Translations under genes and position numbers: made by a program
The notes under the pieces: generated by a model
Seen by the model: only the letters and a program-made list of their open reading frames with translations
Told to the model about the DNA's origin: nothing
The model's database searches: none
DNA from: the human T2T-CHM13v2.0 reference genome, Homo sapiens
DNA: 64,000 nt
Strand: one strand, 5' to 3'
Assembly: GCF_009914755.1 (NCBI RefSeq)
Contig: NC_060925.1
In this document: piece by piece, positions 37,676-54,300 of the stretch
Position numbering within the stretch: the stretch's first letter is position 1
Layout: each line of letters begins with the position of its first letter

Positions 37676-38879
37676 CGGGCTTTAGCTATCTCATAGTATC
37701 ACATCTCTCCCCTTCATTGTCCTGTTTCCTCACAGAGACTTGGCTATAACGGGCATGGGGTCTTGCATGAATCCCAATGTCTATGCAATGATAGTATTTA
37801 TAGTATTGACAAACGTCAAGAGGAGGCTCTGATGGATGCGGACATCAGATGCTTGGGTAAATCAAAAGATACAGAAATATGGGAGGACATTATCAAGGTC
37901 TGGATACAGGCAGAGAGATTAGTCACATTTTCCAGATTAGTTTCCAGGCAAGTTTCCAGCTTTCAAAATCTTCACAGCAGATTCACAGTTGAGATGATTT
38001 TATCTGAATGAGTGAGAGCCTCATGAGAACTTTGGAAATGCAAATATTCCCTTCTAAGCATTGCCTTATAAGACTAGAGCAATTCTAGACACGGGCTGCT
38101 TTTGATATAGGCTAAGCCAACTCAGCCAGGTCACGTGTACCTCATCGATATATGACTTCAGGTGTAATGACTCAGCTTTCCTGGCTGATATAGCCCACAC
38201 CCAGTACACTCCTTACCTAACACTGGGTAGTTACTCAAATGTCTCTTGACATCAGACTGATAGCCCATTAAGGCCTACCCTATATTTATTCTCTGTACTT
38301 GAGTCATTATGTGTTTCTTAAATTGAACCAATGTCTTCAAGCCGGAAAACCACAGTTTCTTCACATCTTCTCTTTTCCTTATATCTAATCAGTCATTTAA
38401 TTCATTTCCTTCTTACTTTGAAATGTTTTCGAGAGAATGGAAAAATGTTTGTGTTAGAATTATGGGATAATTTCTACAATATAGGTCTATTTTTAAAATT
38501 TCATTTACCCCAGTTCCAACTATTATTTGACCCAAAATGGATCTTCATCCAGTCCTTTGACTCTTGTACTTCCATTATTCTTCACGTCTCGTTTTACCAA
38601 GAAGGGTTAGAAATCTTTCAAACAAGCATGTTCAAGAATGATTTTTAAACAGGAGGTTGAGAGCCTATGCAAAGAAATGACTATAGAAATCAGTGACATA
38701 ATCTAAATATATCCCCAATTCTGTCATTTCTAATCACATTTACACTATCACCCTGGCCTAAAACACCATCACTTCTGGACTAGATTACTACAATAGGCTT
38801 CTGGCTTTAGGCTTCTTCTCTTACCTCCTCATAGCAGTCATGGAGAGCTCAAGTGGTTGTTCCTCTACTCAGAATTCTT

Positions 38880-40560
<1,681 letters not shown>

Positions 40561-40639
40561 TCTTCATCCTCTTACCCATATTCAGTCTTTTGAGCTTGCA
40601 GAACATGATGTTCCCTCTTCAGACAAAACTTTTCTCCTT

Positions 40640-40980
40640 GGTATTTTCATGGCTCACTCCCTCACTCAATTCAGGCCTTTACTCGAATGTAACTTATTCA
40701 GAGAAGCCTTCCTTGACCATATCATCTAACGTGTGCTGCCCATCCCACCTCACACCTTACCACCCAGCACATTACTCTGTGTTATTTTTCGTCATGCTAC
40801 TTCTTTCTCTGACCTTGTATATATTTATTTATCTGGTTTATATTTATTTTTCTCACTAGACTATAAGCTCCTTGAGTATGGCATTTTTTGTCTGCTTTGG
40901 GTAGTGTGGCATTCCCAGCACCTAGAATATTGCTTGGCTCATCGTAGGGGCTCAAGAGATATTTGTTCAATGATTAGTTC
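40640..40980 (+). mobile_element. L2 3' fragment (strand tentative)
   Basis: ctagactataagctccttgag...ccagcacctagaata...ggctcaagagatatttgttcaatga. Confidence 0.65.
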
Positions 40981-40999
40981 ATATTAGACGCTTAAAAAT

Positions 41000-42150
41000 A
41001 CATCTACACACAAACATGTACAACCAATTTTTTATGAAGGTGCAAATGTAAATCAAAGGAGAAAGGATAGCATTTTTGAGAACAACTGAACATCTACAGG
41101 CAAATAAATAAATAAATCTTGATGTAAACCTCATACCTTATATAAAAATTAACTCAAAATAAATCCTGGACTTAAATTTGAAACATAAAACTAGAAAAAG
41201 AAAAAAAACACATGAGAAAAATCTATGAGATCTAAGATTTAAGTGTAAAGTATAAAACTATAGCACTTACAAAATCTTGGGAAATAGCATAGGGGTAGGC
41301 AAAGATTGTTTAGATTTGACACCGAAAGCGCACTCCATTAAATGGAAAAATTGATAAATTGGATCTCGTTAAAAGTACTCCAGGGTGGGGTGTGGTGGCT
41401 CACACCTGTAATCCCAGCACTTTGGGAGGCCAAGGTGGGTGGATCACGAGGTCAGGAGTTCAAGACCAGCCTGGCCAAGATGGTGAAATCTCCAGTCTCT
41501 ACTAAAAATACAAAAATTAGCTGGGTGTGGTGGCACATGCCTGTAATCCCAGCTACTCGGGAGGCTGAGGCAGAGAATTGCTTAAAACCCACGAGGCGAA
41601 GGTTGCAGTGACCTGAGATCACGCCACTGCACTCCAGCCTCAGGGACAGAGCAAGACTCCCTCTCAAAAAAAAAAAAAAAAAGTACTCTGGTACACCCAT
41701 ACCCCATACTATGGAGTACTATTTGGCAGTAAAAAAGAAAAAAAATGGATGATTGACACATATAAAATCTTAAATGAATGTCATAGGAATTATGCTGAAT
41801 AAAAAACATATAATCCAGAAAGTTTATATACTCTAAGTTTACACACTGTATAATTCCATTTATATAACATTGTTGAAAATGACAAAATTTTAGATATCAA
41901 AACCAGATTAGTGGCTGTCAGAATTAGAGGTGAGGGGGATGGGCATGAGGGAGGTGAGTGCGTTATAAAAAGGCAACATGGGTAATCCTTGTGTTGATGG
42001 AATTCTTCTGTATCTTGACTGTGATGGTGGATACACCAATCAACATATGTGATAAAACTGTGTAGAACTGAATGCACATGCAAACAAACAAGAATACAAA
42101 TAAAGTGAGAAATTTGAATAATATCAGTGGATTATATCAATGTTAATATT
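41000..42150 (+). mobile_element. L1MC-type 3' fragments
   Basis: ctcataccttatataaaaattaactcaaaat and taattccatttatataacatt motifs. Confidence 0.6.
41384..41682 (+). mobile_element. AluSg-like
   Basis: Sense Alu with polyA tail and TSD aaaagtactc. Confidence 0.92.
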
Positions 42151-42321
42151 TGTTTATTATTTCATAGCTCTTAATTATTTCCTTTTGTGATGACTTGGGG
42201 GGAAGGAAATAGTATCTCTGCTTTCTAGATATTAACCCCATTTCTTATCTTCTTTGTCTCTACCTAATTACCTAGTTTTCTGTGACAGTTATTTACATTA
42301 TTTTAAAAGTACTAGATTTTA

Positions 42322-45203
42322 AATTAATGAGATTGAAGCCATAATAAAAAGTCTTCCAGTAAAGAAAAGCCAAGGACCTAATGGCTTCACTGCTGAAATC
42401 TACCAACATTTAAAGAAATGTTAATACCACTCATACTCAAATTATTCCAAAAAGTAGAGGACAGAATACTTCTAAATTCATTCTAGGAGGCCAATATTAC
42501 CTTGATACCAAACCCTGAAAGAGACACGTCAAAAAAAGAAAAAAAAGAAAAAAGAAAGAAAAAAGAAAACTACAGGGCAATAACTCCAATGAATATTGAT
42601 GCAAAAATCCTGAACGAAATACTAGCAAATTGAATTCAGCAATACATTAAAAAGATCATTCATCATGACCAAGCAGGATTTATTCCAGGGATGAAAGGAT
42701 GGTTCAACATAATGCAAATCAATCAGTGTGATACATCACATCAACAGAATGAAGGACAAAAACCATATGATCATTTCAATTGTTGCTGAAAAGGCACTTG
42801 ATAAAATTCAACATCCCTTCATGATAAAAAAAAAAACCTAAAAAAACTAGGTATAGAAGGAAGATACCTCAATATAATAAAAGCCATATATGACAGACCC
42901 ACAATTAGTATCATATTAAATGGGGAAAAACTAAGAGCCTTCCCTCTAAGATCTGGGACATGACAAGGACTCCCACTTTAACCACTGTAATTCAACATAG
43001 TACTGGAAGTCCTAGCTAGAGCAATTAGACAAGAGAAAGACATAAAGGGCATCAAAATTGGAAAGGAAGAGTCAAATTATAATGATTTGCAGATGACGTG
43101 ATCTTATATTTGGAAAAATCTAAAGCCTCCACCAAAAAACTATTAGAACTGATAAACAAATTCAGTAAAATTGCAGGATACAAAATTCACATACAAGAAT
43201 CAGTAACATTTCTATATGCCAACAGTAAACAATCAATCTGAAAAAGAAATAAAAAAGTAATTCCATTTACAATAGCCACAAACAAAATTAAATGCCTAGG
43301 AATTAACCTAAGAAGTAAAAGATCTTTACAATGAAAATTATAAAAACACTGATAAAAAAATTTGAAGAAGACATCAAAAAATGGAAACATATTCCATGTT
43401 CACGGACTAGAAGAATCAATATTTTTAAAAAGTTCATACTATCCAAAGCAATCAACAGATGCAGTGCAATTCCTATCAAAATACCAATGACATTCTTCAT
43501 AGAAATAGAAAAAAACTATCCTAAAATTTATATGAAACCACAAAAGACCCAGAAGAGCCATGGCTATCCTAAGCAAAAAAAAAAAAAAAAAAAAAATGGA
43601 GAAATCATATTACCTGATTTCAAATTATACTACAGACTGATAGTAACCCAAACAGCATGGTACTGGCATAAAAACAGACACATAGACCAATGGAAGAGAA
43701 AAGAGAACCCAGAAACAAATCCACGGACCTACAGTGAACTCATTTTCAACAAAGGTGCCAAGAACATACACTGAGGAAGACAGTTTCGTCAGTAAATGGT
43801 GATGGAAAAACTGGATATCCATTTGCAAAAGAATGAAACTAGACCCCTATCTCTCAGCGTATACAAAGATCAAATAGAAATGGATTAAAAACTTAAATCT
43901 AAGACCTCAAATTATTTCACTGCAAGGAAACATCAGGGAAAATCTCCAGGACATTGGTCTGGGCAAAAATTTCTTGAGTAATACCCGAAAAGAACAGGCA
44001 ACCAAAGCAAAAATGGACAAATGGGATCATATTACATTAAAAACCTTCTGCACAGCAAACAAAACAGACAAGCCACAGAATGGGAGAAAATATTTGCAAA
44101 CTACCGATCTGCCATGGGATTAATAACTAGAATATATAAGGAGCTCAAACAACTCTACAGGAAAAAAATTTCATAATCTGATAAAAAGATGGGCAAAAAG
44201 GTTTGAATAGACATTTCTCAAAAGAAGATACAAATGGCAAAGAGGCATATGAAAAGGTACTTAACATTACAGATCATCAGAAAAATGTGAATCAAAACTA
44301 AAATGAGCTATCATCGCCAGTTAAAATGGCTTTTATCCAAAAGATAGGCAATAATAAATGCTGGTGAGGATGTAGAGAAAAGGAAACCCTAGTTCACTGT
44401 AGGTGGGAATGCAGATTAGCACAACCACCACGGAGAACAGTTTGGAGGCTCCTCTAAAAGTAGAGCTACCATATGATCCAGCAGTCCCGCTGCTGGGTAT
44501 ATACCCCAAAGAAAGGAAATCAGTATATTGAAGAGATATCTGTAATCCCATGTATGTTTTTTTTGCAGTCCTCTTCACAATATCCAAGATTTGGGAAGAA
44601 CCTAAGTGCCCATCAACAGATGAAAGGATCTATTGAAATGTGGCACATATACACAATGGAGTATTATTCAACTGTAAACAAGAATAAGATCCTGTTATTT
44701 GCAACAACATGGATAGAACTGGAGGTCATTATGTTAAGTGAAATGAGCCAGGCACAAAAAGACAAACATCACATGTTCTCACTTCTTTGTGGGATCTAAA
44801 AAATCAAAACAATTGAACTCATGGAGATAGAGAGTGTAGAAGGATGATTACCAGAGGCTAGGAAGGGTATCGGGGGTGAGCTGGTGGGGGATGTGGGGAT
44901 GGTTAATTGGTACAAAAAAATAGAATGAATGAATGAATAAGACCTAGTATTTGATATCACAACAGAGTGACTATAGTCAATAATAATTTAGTTGTACATT
45001 TAAAAATAACTAAAAGAGTATAATTGGATTGTCTGTCACAAAAAGGATAAACGCTTGAGGGGATGGACACCCCATTCTCCATGATGTAATTATTACATAT
45101 TGCATGCCTGTATCAAAACACTTCATGTACCCTATAAATAAATATACCTACTATGTACCCACAAAAATAAATAATTCCAACATTTTTAAAAAAGCAAGAA
45201 AGG
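42322..45203 (+). mobile_element. 5'-truncated L1MA
   Basis: Degenerate ORF2 (RT to C-terminus) and an L1MA-type 3'UTR. Degenerate TSD taaaagtactagatttta / taaaagcactaggtttta. Confidence 0.9.
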
Positions 45204-45306
45204 TAAAAGCACTAGGTTTTAGTGGAAAGCACAGATTTGATTCAGATTCGTGAACCAAATAAGTGGCTAAAACTTTACAGATAAGTGGCTGAACCACTTA
45301 TTTGGG

Positions 45307-46316
45307 TACAGACAGGCCTGACAAAATTACTCAGACAATATTTGAGTGGGACATTCCTTGTGGTTTTTCCTGATTTACCTAAGTCACCTAATAAGTCACA
45401 CTTGGTGCCATTCTGATCTGTTGAAAGAGGGAAGTGTGGTGCCTGAAGCACTGAAAAGCATGCGGGAGAAGGTGATAACAAGGCTCAGGTAATGAGGCTC
45501 AGGCACCTATTATCTGTAAAGTTTTGGCCAAATGTCACCTACACTTTTCTGGAAAGGTGATTTTAAAAAACCATAGGCTGTCATAAGACTAAATGTGATC
45601 ATTTATGGAAAGTGCTTAGAACATAGAGGTGCCTAATAGGTAAAAGAGTCATCTAACGAACGCTCTAAATTCCTTGTTTTTTCTAACTAATATTCAGTTA
45701 TTGTCTTAGAGTCTCTTCTAAAGTTAAGTCAATTCATGACGAACTTATGTGCTTTCCTTCTTTTTAGGGAGGTTAAAATTTAATCATGCTGTAATAAATG
45801 TTACATCATAATTTACCGAGTTACTTTTGGTAAATGAGAACTAAGTGCTTTGGATTTTGAACTCCTGTAACAGTCTTTGCAGCTGAACTAGGTAGGCAGG
45901 TCATTTTCAGGCCTTTCCCAAAACTCATCTTCTTGTAGTAAAAATCAGCATATTTATTATTATTATATTATTATTCAAGTATTATTTCCCATGAAATATA
46001 ATTATGTACATAAACAGCTTATCTTTTACTGCCTTTTTTCAGAGACATAACACCAGGCTGAGTGTGGCTTTTGGCTGATTGAAAACCATGCAAGCATTCT
46101 TCAGGTCTGATGGAATCTTGCTGTCTGTGTATGTTCCCACTTGCAGCCACATGCTCCTGCATGCTTTTCAGTGCTTCAGGCACCACATTTCCCTCTTTTA
46201 ACAGACCAGAATGGCACCAAAGTGTGACTCATTAGGTGACTTAGGTAAATCAGGAAAAACAAAAAGGAATGTCCCACTCAAATATTGTCTGAGTAATTTT
46301 GTCAGGCCTGTCTGTA
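45307..46316. repeat. Inverted repeat with ~162-bp arms (45307-45468 and 46154-46316)
   Basis: tacagacaggcctgacaaaattactcagacaatatttgagtgggacattcc... is the reverse complement of ...ggaatgtcccactcaaatattgtctgagtaattttgtcaggcctgtctgta, with few mismatches. Confidence 0.95.
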
Positions 46317-46997
46317 TTCTTGAGGTTTTTTTTTTTTTTTTTTCCGTATTTCTCTTTCCCCCTCAGGCTTTAGAACTTTTGGAAGGAAATGTAACTTTCC
46401 TCATCAATTTTGTTTTGTTTGTTTTTTAATTTCATCCTTCTGTTGGCAGTCCAAATTCATAACTGAAGCCACACCTTGTCCTAAGTAGGCAGTGCTGCTC
46501 AGGATGGCTTTCTCTCACGCTGTGATTTCCTGACTCGAGTGGATCTCACACTCAGACTTATCACACTCAAGGTTTGCTTTAAGGGTGACTGAGCCTGCCC
46601 ACTCTGAACCAAAGTCCTTTTTTTCCATCCCTTATTTGTTTTTTCACTCAAAAATGAATTACTTACATTCCTAGATAACAATCTCTTTTAAGTACAGCTC
46701 CTATCCTGTAAGGAAAAGATTAGGGTTCTATTGCTAAATGGCTTCAGAGTTCCACAAGGTTACTTACTCCTTGCATCAGAGCCCCTGATGCTAAAATTGA
46801 AGTTTTGAGTGTCCTTTGACTCAGTTGATTCTAGGAACCCTGATTCCACCCTCTTGCCCTGAGCTCTTCCTTAATGCAGAGCTTGGTCTTGACCTGACTT
46901 TGCCCCAGGGTGTAGCTGCTACTGGCTATTGGACAGCTGACCTCCAGTTTGGCAGAGGCTGCTGCTAGTTCTCTCTCTTTCCTTTAGTTGTTTCTAG

Positions 46998-47113
46998 GTG
47001 GAATCTGTGACCTTCGGGCTTCTGTCAGTGCAGGTCAACATGTACCATGAGGCCTGCGTCAGGGAGCAAACCACCCTCCCATCCCTGTATCTCATGCCTA
47101 TCCAGCCTACACC
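46998..47113 (+). pseudogene. Unit 3: candidate degenerate signal-peptide exon
   Basis: The acceptor region resembles that upstream of 24587. ATG 47040 gives MYHEACVREQTTLPSLYLM, compared with QRIFPALCLL of ApoR and QSIFPAL of unit 2. Donor-like gtgagc at 47114. Confidence 0.35.
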
Positions 47114-47778
47114 GTGAGCCAGGCATTCCTAGTGCACAGGGCCCCAGGAAAGCCTGGGTAAAGTGCACAATCAATGAAAGGAAGGTAGTTTACATCAATC
47201 AATTGCAAAGATATTTATTCCATGTTAGGAATTTTATAAGTATGGTCAAATTGTAGTAATTTACACCAATTTGTGGGAGGCATAATAAATTATTTTATTA
47301 ATGTTGTTTATTAACAAATTAATTATTTTATTAATGGTATAATAAATTGTTTATTAACTTCCATTTTATTTAAGGAATGTTTAACTACAATTTTTTTAAG
47401 TTTTAATACTTTTAAGTATATGCTAATACCATTACTAGGGGATTAAAAAAACTTGGTTTGTGTATATTCCTGGGGATCTACCCTAGTAAACAGATAAAGA
47501 TGAAGTGCAGGCAGCTTCGCTTCCTTACATATAAATATAAATACAAAAGTGCTTAAAATTCCTTTACCTCTTAAATGAGTTCATTATCACCTGCTGTATT
47601 TTTGTTTAACAATTGGCTGTCACATTTTACCATCCAGAAAGCAAAAGTGAAATTTTTATTGTTGTCACAAATTCTGAGAAAACGAACTAGAACCTACATT
47701 TATAAGGTATGTGTAAAAGTTCTCTGTAAACCATAAAACATTATATAAATACAAGGTTTTATTTTTGCAGTTTGGTAA

Positions 47779-48120
<342 letters not shown>

Positions 48121-48324
48121 AATTGTTTTCTATAAATGCAAAACACAGGGTATTGTTGAGGTTGGTACGTAGGGAAGTGCTTGCAGATTCTGAGTTTGTG
48201 CAGTTCTTGCAAGTTTTCACAGGGCAATGTCTCTTTATCACAAAACACTTCTCAAATAACTTCAGTTAAAAAAAAGTCTCCTCTGCTGCTGACTTTATGT
48301 CTAAAGGTCCTTCATTGCCCTCAA

Positions 48325-48865
<541 letters not shown>

Positions 48866-49201
48866 TTACATTTTTAAAATATTTTAAATTATTGAAAGAA
48901 ATAGTTCTATAGAAGGTGAGAAGTCAATTCTGCTTCCTCCAAATACTTATACACATACCCACTTTCCTTAATTCTTAGCCACATGGTAATGTGAGGGAAG
49001 GCATCCCCTTTGTGAATTATGTCATGTTATTTTATTGGCAATGGCATTGATTGGGAAGCATAAAAGTCTTCCAATAAATCCCTTTAGTTCTGTGCTGCTT
49101 TCTTTAATGAATCAGAAGAAAACACCCTCTTTCTCTCTCCCTCCCTCTCCGTCTCTTCCTCCCCTTCTCCCCTCTGCCCTCTGTCTCTCTCACTATCCAA
49201 G

Positions 49202-49367
49202 TTTGCAATTCGCTTCCCCGGATTACACACTGACACTATGAAAATATTAGTGAATTCCTCACTCAGCACTCTAATGCAGTGTGAATGCAAGCAAGGATAT
49301 GCTCTGACTGGAGCAGCTAACATCTGCAGGTTTGCAGGTTGTTCATCTCTAGCTTCTCAACGCAACG
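49202..49367 (+). pseudogene. Unit 3: highly degenerate CCP7-like exon
   Basis: Long pyrimidine tract and ccaag acceptor like unit 2. Reads CNSLPRITH*HYENI...ECKQGYALTGAANICRFAGCSSLASQRN. Trp, the last Cys and the donor are lost. Confidence 0.7.
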
Positions 49368-49759
49368 GGAATCCAAACTCCCCAGCCAAAATAGTGCTGA
49401 GCAGCTAACCACTACAGAGTGGCTCAGAAGTGACTTGGAGGGAAGTGTTCCTCCCAGCCAGAGGCAGTTGCCATGGGTCAGTGCTTGAGTCTGAGTGAGG
49501 TGGGTCATGGTTCAATTTCAAATATCCAAGAAATAGCACCATTACTCCCCAGTTTATATGTAGTCCAAAACCTTTCGTGAGATAGTTGACCTATGGGGTT
49601 GACCCCACTGTTGGTCAAATGACTGTTATGACAGAATAAGCAAAATATTTCTTAAAAGGTTATTTACATTATTTTACCCAGAACAATTCCAGGAGCTAAG
49701 TCATCATCACTGCTTTTATTTTACACAGGGGAAAACCGAGGCAAGAAGAGAAGTCCTGT

Positions 49760-49990
49760 TGCATAGAAAGAGAGAGCTCAGAAACTGGAATTAGATGCCC
49801 TGGGTTCACATCTTGGCTCTGCGTCTTAAAAGGTGCTGTGTGATTCAGCTTCTCCATCCCTCAGCTTCCTTATCTCTACAGCAAATATGCTCCTACAGGG
49901 TTGCTGAAGGCTTACATGAAATAATGCATGTAATACGCTTGACACGTAGGCTGACATCTAGCAAGTGTTCAGTAAATATCAGCTAGTAAA
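49760..49990 (+). mobile_element. MIR SINE
   Basis: cctgggttcacatcttggctctg...cagggttgctgaaggcttacatgaaataatgcatgtaa. Confidence 0.65.
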
Positions 49991-50181
49991 TAACAGCTAC
50001 CACTCAGCTAGTGGTAATGCTGGTTGACGTGATGGGGTGGTGATAGCAGTGGTATCAAGAGTAGCGGAGAAAGAAAAGACAAAATTCAGCAAGATTTCTT
50101 ATCCCTTTTATTAATTATCAGTGTCCAAATGTGTTTTTTCTGAGGTTCATAAGATGCTAAGGTAATGTGTTTTGACTACAG

Positions 50182-50356
50182 CTCTGTACCTAAAACCAGA
50201 AATATTAAATGCAAAGCTGTCTGTGGAGAAGAATTGGTATACCAGTCTTGAAACTGTCACCACCAATATGACCCTGGCTATTGGATGTTTGGCTCCCAGA
50301 GTGTCTTTTGCTCAGAGAACAAATCTTGGAGTCTGGATGTGTACAAGTGCAAGAGG
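50182..50356 (+). pseudogene. Unit 3: degenerate CCP8-like exon
   Basis: tacag acceptor. Reads ALYLKPEILNAKLSVEKNWYTSLETVT...YDPGY...GSQSVFCSENKSWSLDVYKCKR, versus C4BPA ALCRKPELVNGRLSVDKDQY...CSGNRTWYPEVPKCEW. Frameshift present; donor GT changed to AT. Confidence 0.8.
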
Positions 50357-50918
50357 ATAAATAATATGCATTCAATGAATTTTATATATGATACCTCAAA
50401 ATAAATGATAGGAAAATGGGATGGTTCATAAAATGGGAAAAGTAGTAATATCTCCTAAAGGATGGTCTCAGTTGTTGCGGTTAATTTATAAGGTGTTTAC
50501 AGGTACTGGTTCTTTCTACCCTGAAGCATTGTGATAAATCCGTGGTGGTAGCAAAGTTTATTGCATTTGTTTTACAGGAAGTCAGCAGAGTCTTATTAAA
50601 CAGTTGCCCTGGCCCTGGGCCTCAGTATTTCTCTATTATTTGATGTGGTTTTCTGGTGAATTAGTAGAACTGGATCCCCCTGCAGCTTAAGCCTCCTCTT
50701 TGCTTGTACTGATTCTGATTATTGCCTAAGAACAGATATAGATTCAACTCTCAGGGAAATATTTTGCTAGGATCCAAAGTATTTTTCTGGAGTTTCCTGC
50801 CCATGCATCCTGGGGTCATTCCTTACCTTCTAATCCTCCTGTCACAAGCCTTCCTGAAAAGCTTTGATTTCCTCTTTCCATTCATTTCATTTCATTTCAT
50901 TTTGATTTCCTCTTTCAG

Positions 50919-51074
50919 AAAGTCTCTGAAGGCTGTGACATAGTCATGGCAGGCAAAACCCTCTTACACCGTCTCCCAGGTCACAGGGTCTCAATAGTGG
51001 CCCTACAGTTACATAAACTGTCTCTACAGATGGAAAAACTGAAGCAAGAGAGAGACAAGGAGAAAATCATTTAA
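50919..51074 (+). pseudogene. Unit 3: oligomerisation-domain exon, open 51-codon frame
   Basis: tttcag acceptor. Reads KVSEGCDIVMAGKTLLHRLPGHRVSIVALQLHKLSLQMEKLKQERDKEKII*. AATAAA at 51186. Confidence 0.82.
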
Positions 51075-51185
51075 ATATACCATACCTCTATTCCCAAGAA
51101 GATGGAGAAAGGATTTGCTTTTCTATACAGTTCTTGAGAGAAAACCTCAGTTTATCAACTCCATTTAAGTATCATTATTTATGGC

Positions 51186-51191
51186 AATAAA
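51186..51191 (+). terminator. Candidate polyadenylation signal of unit 3
   Basis: AATAAA about 110 nt after the stop codon of the terminal exon. Confidence 0.45.
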
Positions 51192-51559
51192 TAACTTTGG
51201 CAAAACTTGCTAATACACATGTGACCTTAGAATGTGAAATTATTAATTTATATCAGTGTAATTCAGCTGAAGATTTTACTTTTCTGAATTTGGCAGGCTA
51301 ACTGAAGTAAATAATTACCTAATAAAATCAGTTTGACCTAATTTTCATTTGAATGTCTATGTCATATAATGTCAGTGCTCTATACAAGTTCACTCCCTAC
51401 AGTTTTTCTTTTCCATTTTATTATATCTCAGTGGTTGTGAAGGGTGAAGAGTTACATAACAGTGTTCATGTGATTCTCTCTCTCTCTAGACATCAGTGCA
51501 GAGTTTAGTAAATCATATTCCTTAGTTCATAAGAGGCTATTATCCTTGGTCAAGGTAAA

Positions 51560-52440
51560 AACCCTTCTCTGCTTTCTTCCCTTATCTCTTGACTGCCATT
51601 CCCCATTTTCCTCTCTCCACTCCCATAGGTACCTACTCTAATGTGTGTGATACATGACGTTTAGTGTGCACACAGATTGTGAATGTGTATATGCTTTTCA
51701 CCTTCCTTGCTCCCAAGTACTACATAGTATTCTAATACATGCATCCTCCATATTTTGTTTATCCATTCCCCTTGGGATGAACACCTAGGTTGCCTCCAGC
51801 TTCCCTTTACTATAAATGACTTTGTGATGAGTATCCTTGTATATGTCTCTTTATAAAACTGCTTGAGGTTTTCTGTTGTATATATGCCCTAGAAAGTAGA
51901 TGCAGTATCAATTAATTTTGCTGTGTAGAAGAGTTATTTTGTCTCCATTGTCACACAAACATATAGGATTACTTACCTTACTAATTTTTAATATTCTGAT
52001 TTATTATCACATTTTAATATCTGTAAAATCTGTAGTAATGCCACTTTTCTCCTTTTCTCATTCCTGAGATTAATAATTCACATTTCTCTCTTTTTTCTTC
52101 CTGCTCAGTCTGTCTATAGGTTTTATAAATATTTTTTGATTTCTCAGATAATTAGCTTTTTGTTTTATTGATTTGCTCTACCGTTTTTCTTTGCTATTTC
52201 ATTGCTTTCTGCATGGATCTTTATTTCTTCTGCTTACTTTGGGTTTAATTGGCTCTTCTTTCCAGTTTCTTAAGATGAAAACCAAGGTAATTGGCTTAGA
52301 CCTTTGTTTCCTTTCTAATAAACACTTTGCTGCCATAAATTTCTGAGAACTGCCATGTGGCATTCCACAAATTTTAATATGTTGTACTTTCAATTTCATT
52401 CACTTCAAAATACATTCTAAATTCCTTTTCAATAAAAATA
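51560..52440 (-). mobile_element. Old L1M fragments
   Basis: The minus-strand ORF 52199-52399 resembles degenerate L1 ORF2 (EEPIKPKVSRR); antisense 3' motifs also present. Confidence 0.6.
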
Positions 52441-52755
52441 GTTGTTTTATGTTATGGTATGTTGGGATTGTTTTGCAGCAAAGCCAAACAAAAACTTCCT
52501 TCTACTTTGCTTGCAATTTGATAGGCTAAGGTAGAGAAAGAACTGCAATGGCACCCAAATTATCAGTCCCAGGCGTCTTGCAGGGCTCATTACATGTGTG
52601 ACAGGTTCAACTTACGAAGAACTGATCTAGGTTTTGACATGTGAAATAGTTCACTTTTTGTTGTTTTGTCGAGGTGATAGTAAGTGTAGCCTTTGTGGTA
52701 GACTGTTCTCAAGAAAAGCTGACAGAAATCTTCTAGGAAGAGATGGAGAACTTGA

Positions 52756-53160
<405 letters not shown>

Positions 53161-53602
53161 GGGAGCTTCTCTCTTATATGAGTCAGGGAGGGGCTCCAAA
53201 GGTGAGAAAGAGGATTTCCTCCACAGTTCTAATGAATCAGACCAAACAAGGAAGCAGGAAACAAGACAGGTGTCTGGGACCTTCCATGCAATGCCCCAGA
53301 AAACTGGTTCACAGTGGGGGCAATATGGGAAATGAGGGTATGTTTCAAAATAACTTTTATAATTGCCTTATTCCAGATTCTCTGAAAGCCATTGTATAAC
53401 AGATTTGTTGGGGTAACAAAATCCTTTTTCAGAAGAAGGTAGCAATGGATAGAGAAATTTTTTCTCAGGAGAAGTCATTCAGAGCAGATGTGGACAGGAA
53501 GGGTCGTACAAGGTTCATATACATGCTGAGCCCTGGGGGGTGGGGAATGAATGAGGGACCCCACAGGATGCCTTCTTTTGTGATGTGGTCCTACCCTGTG
53601 AG

Positions 53603-54300
<698 letters not shown>

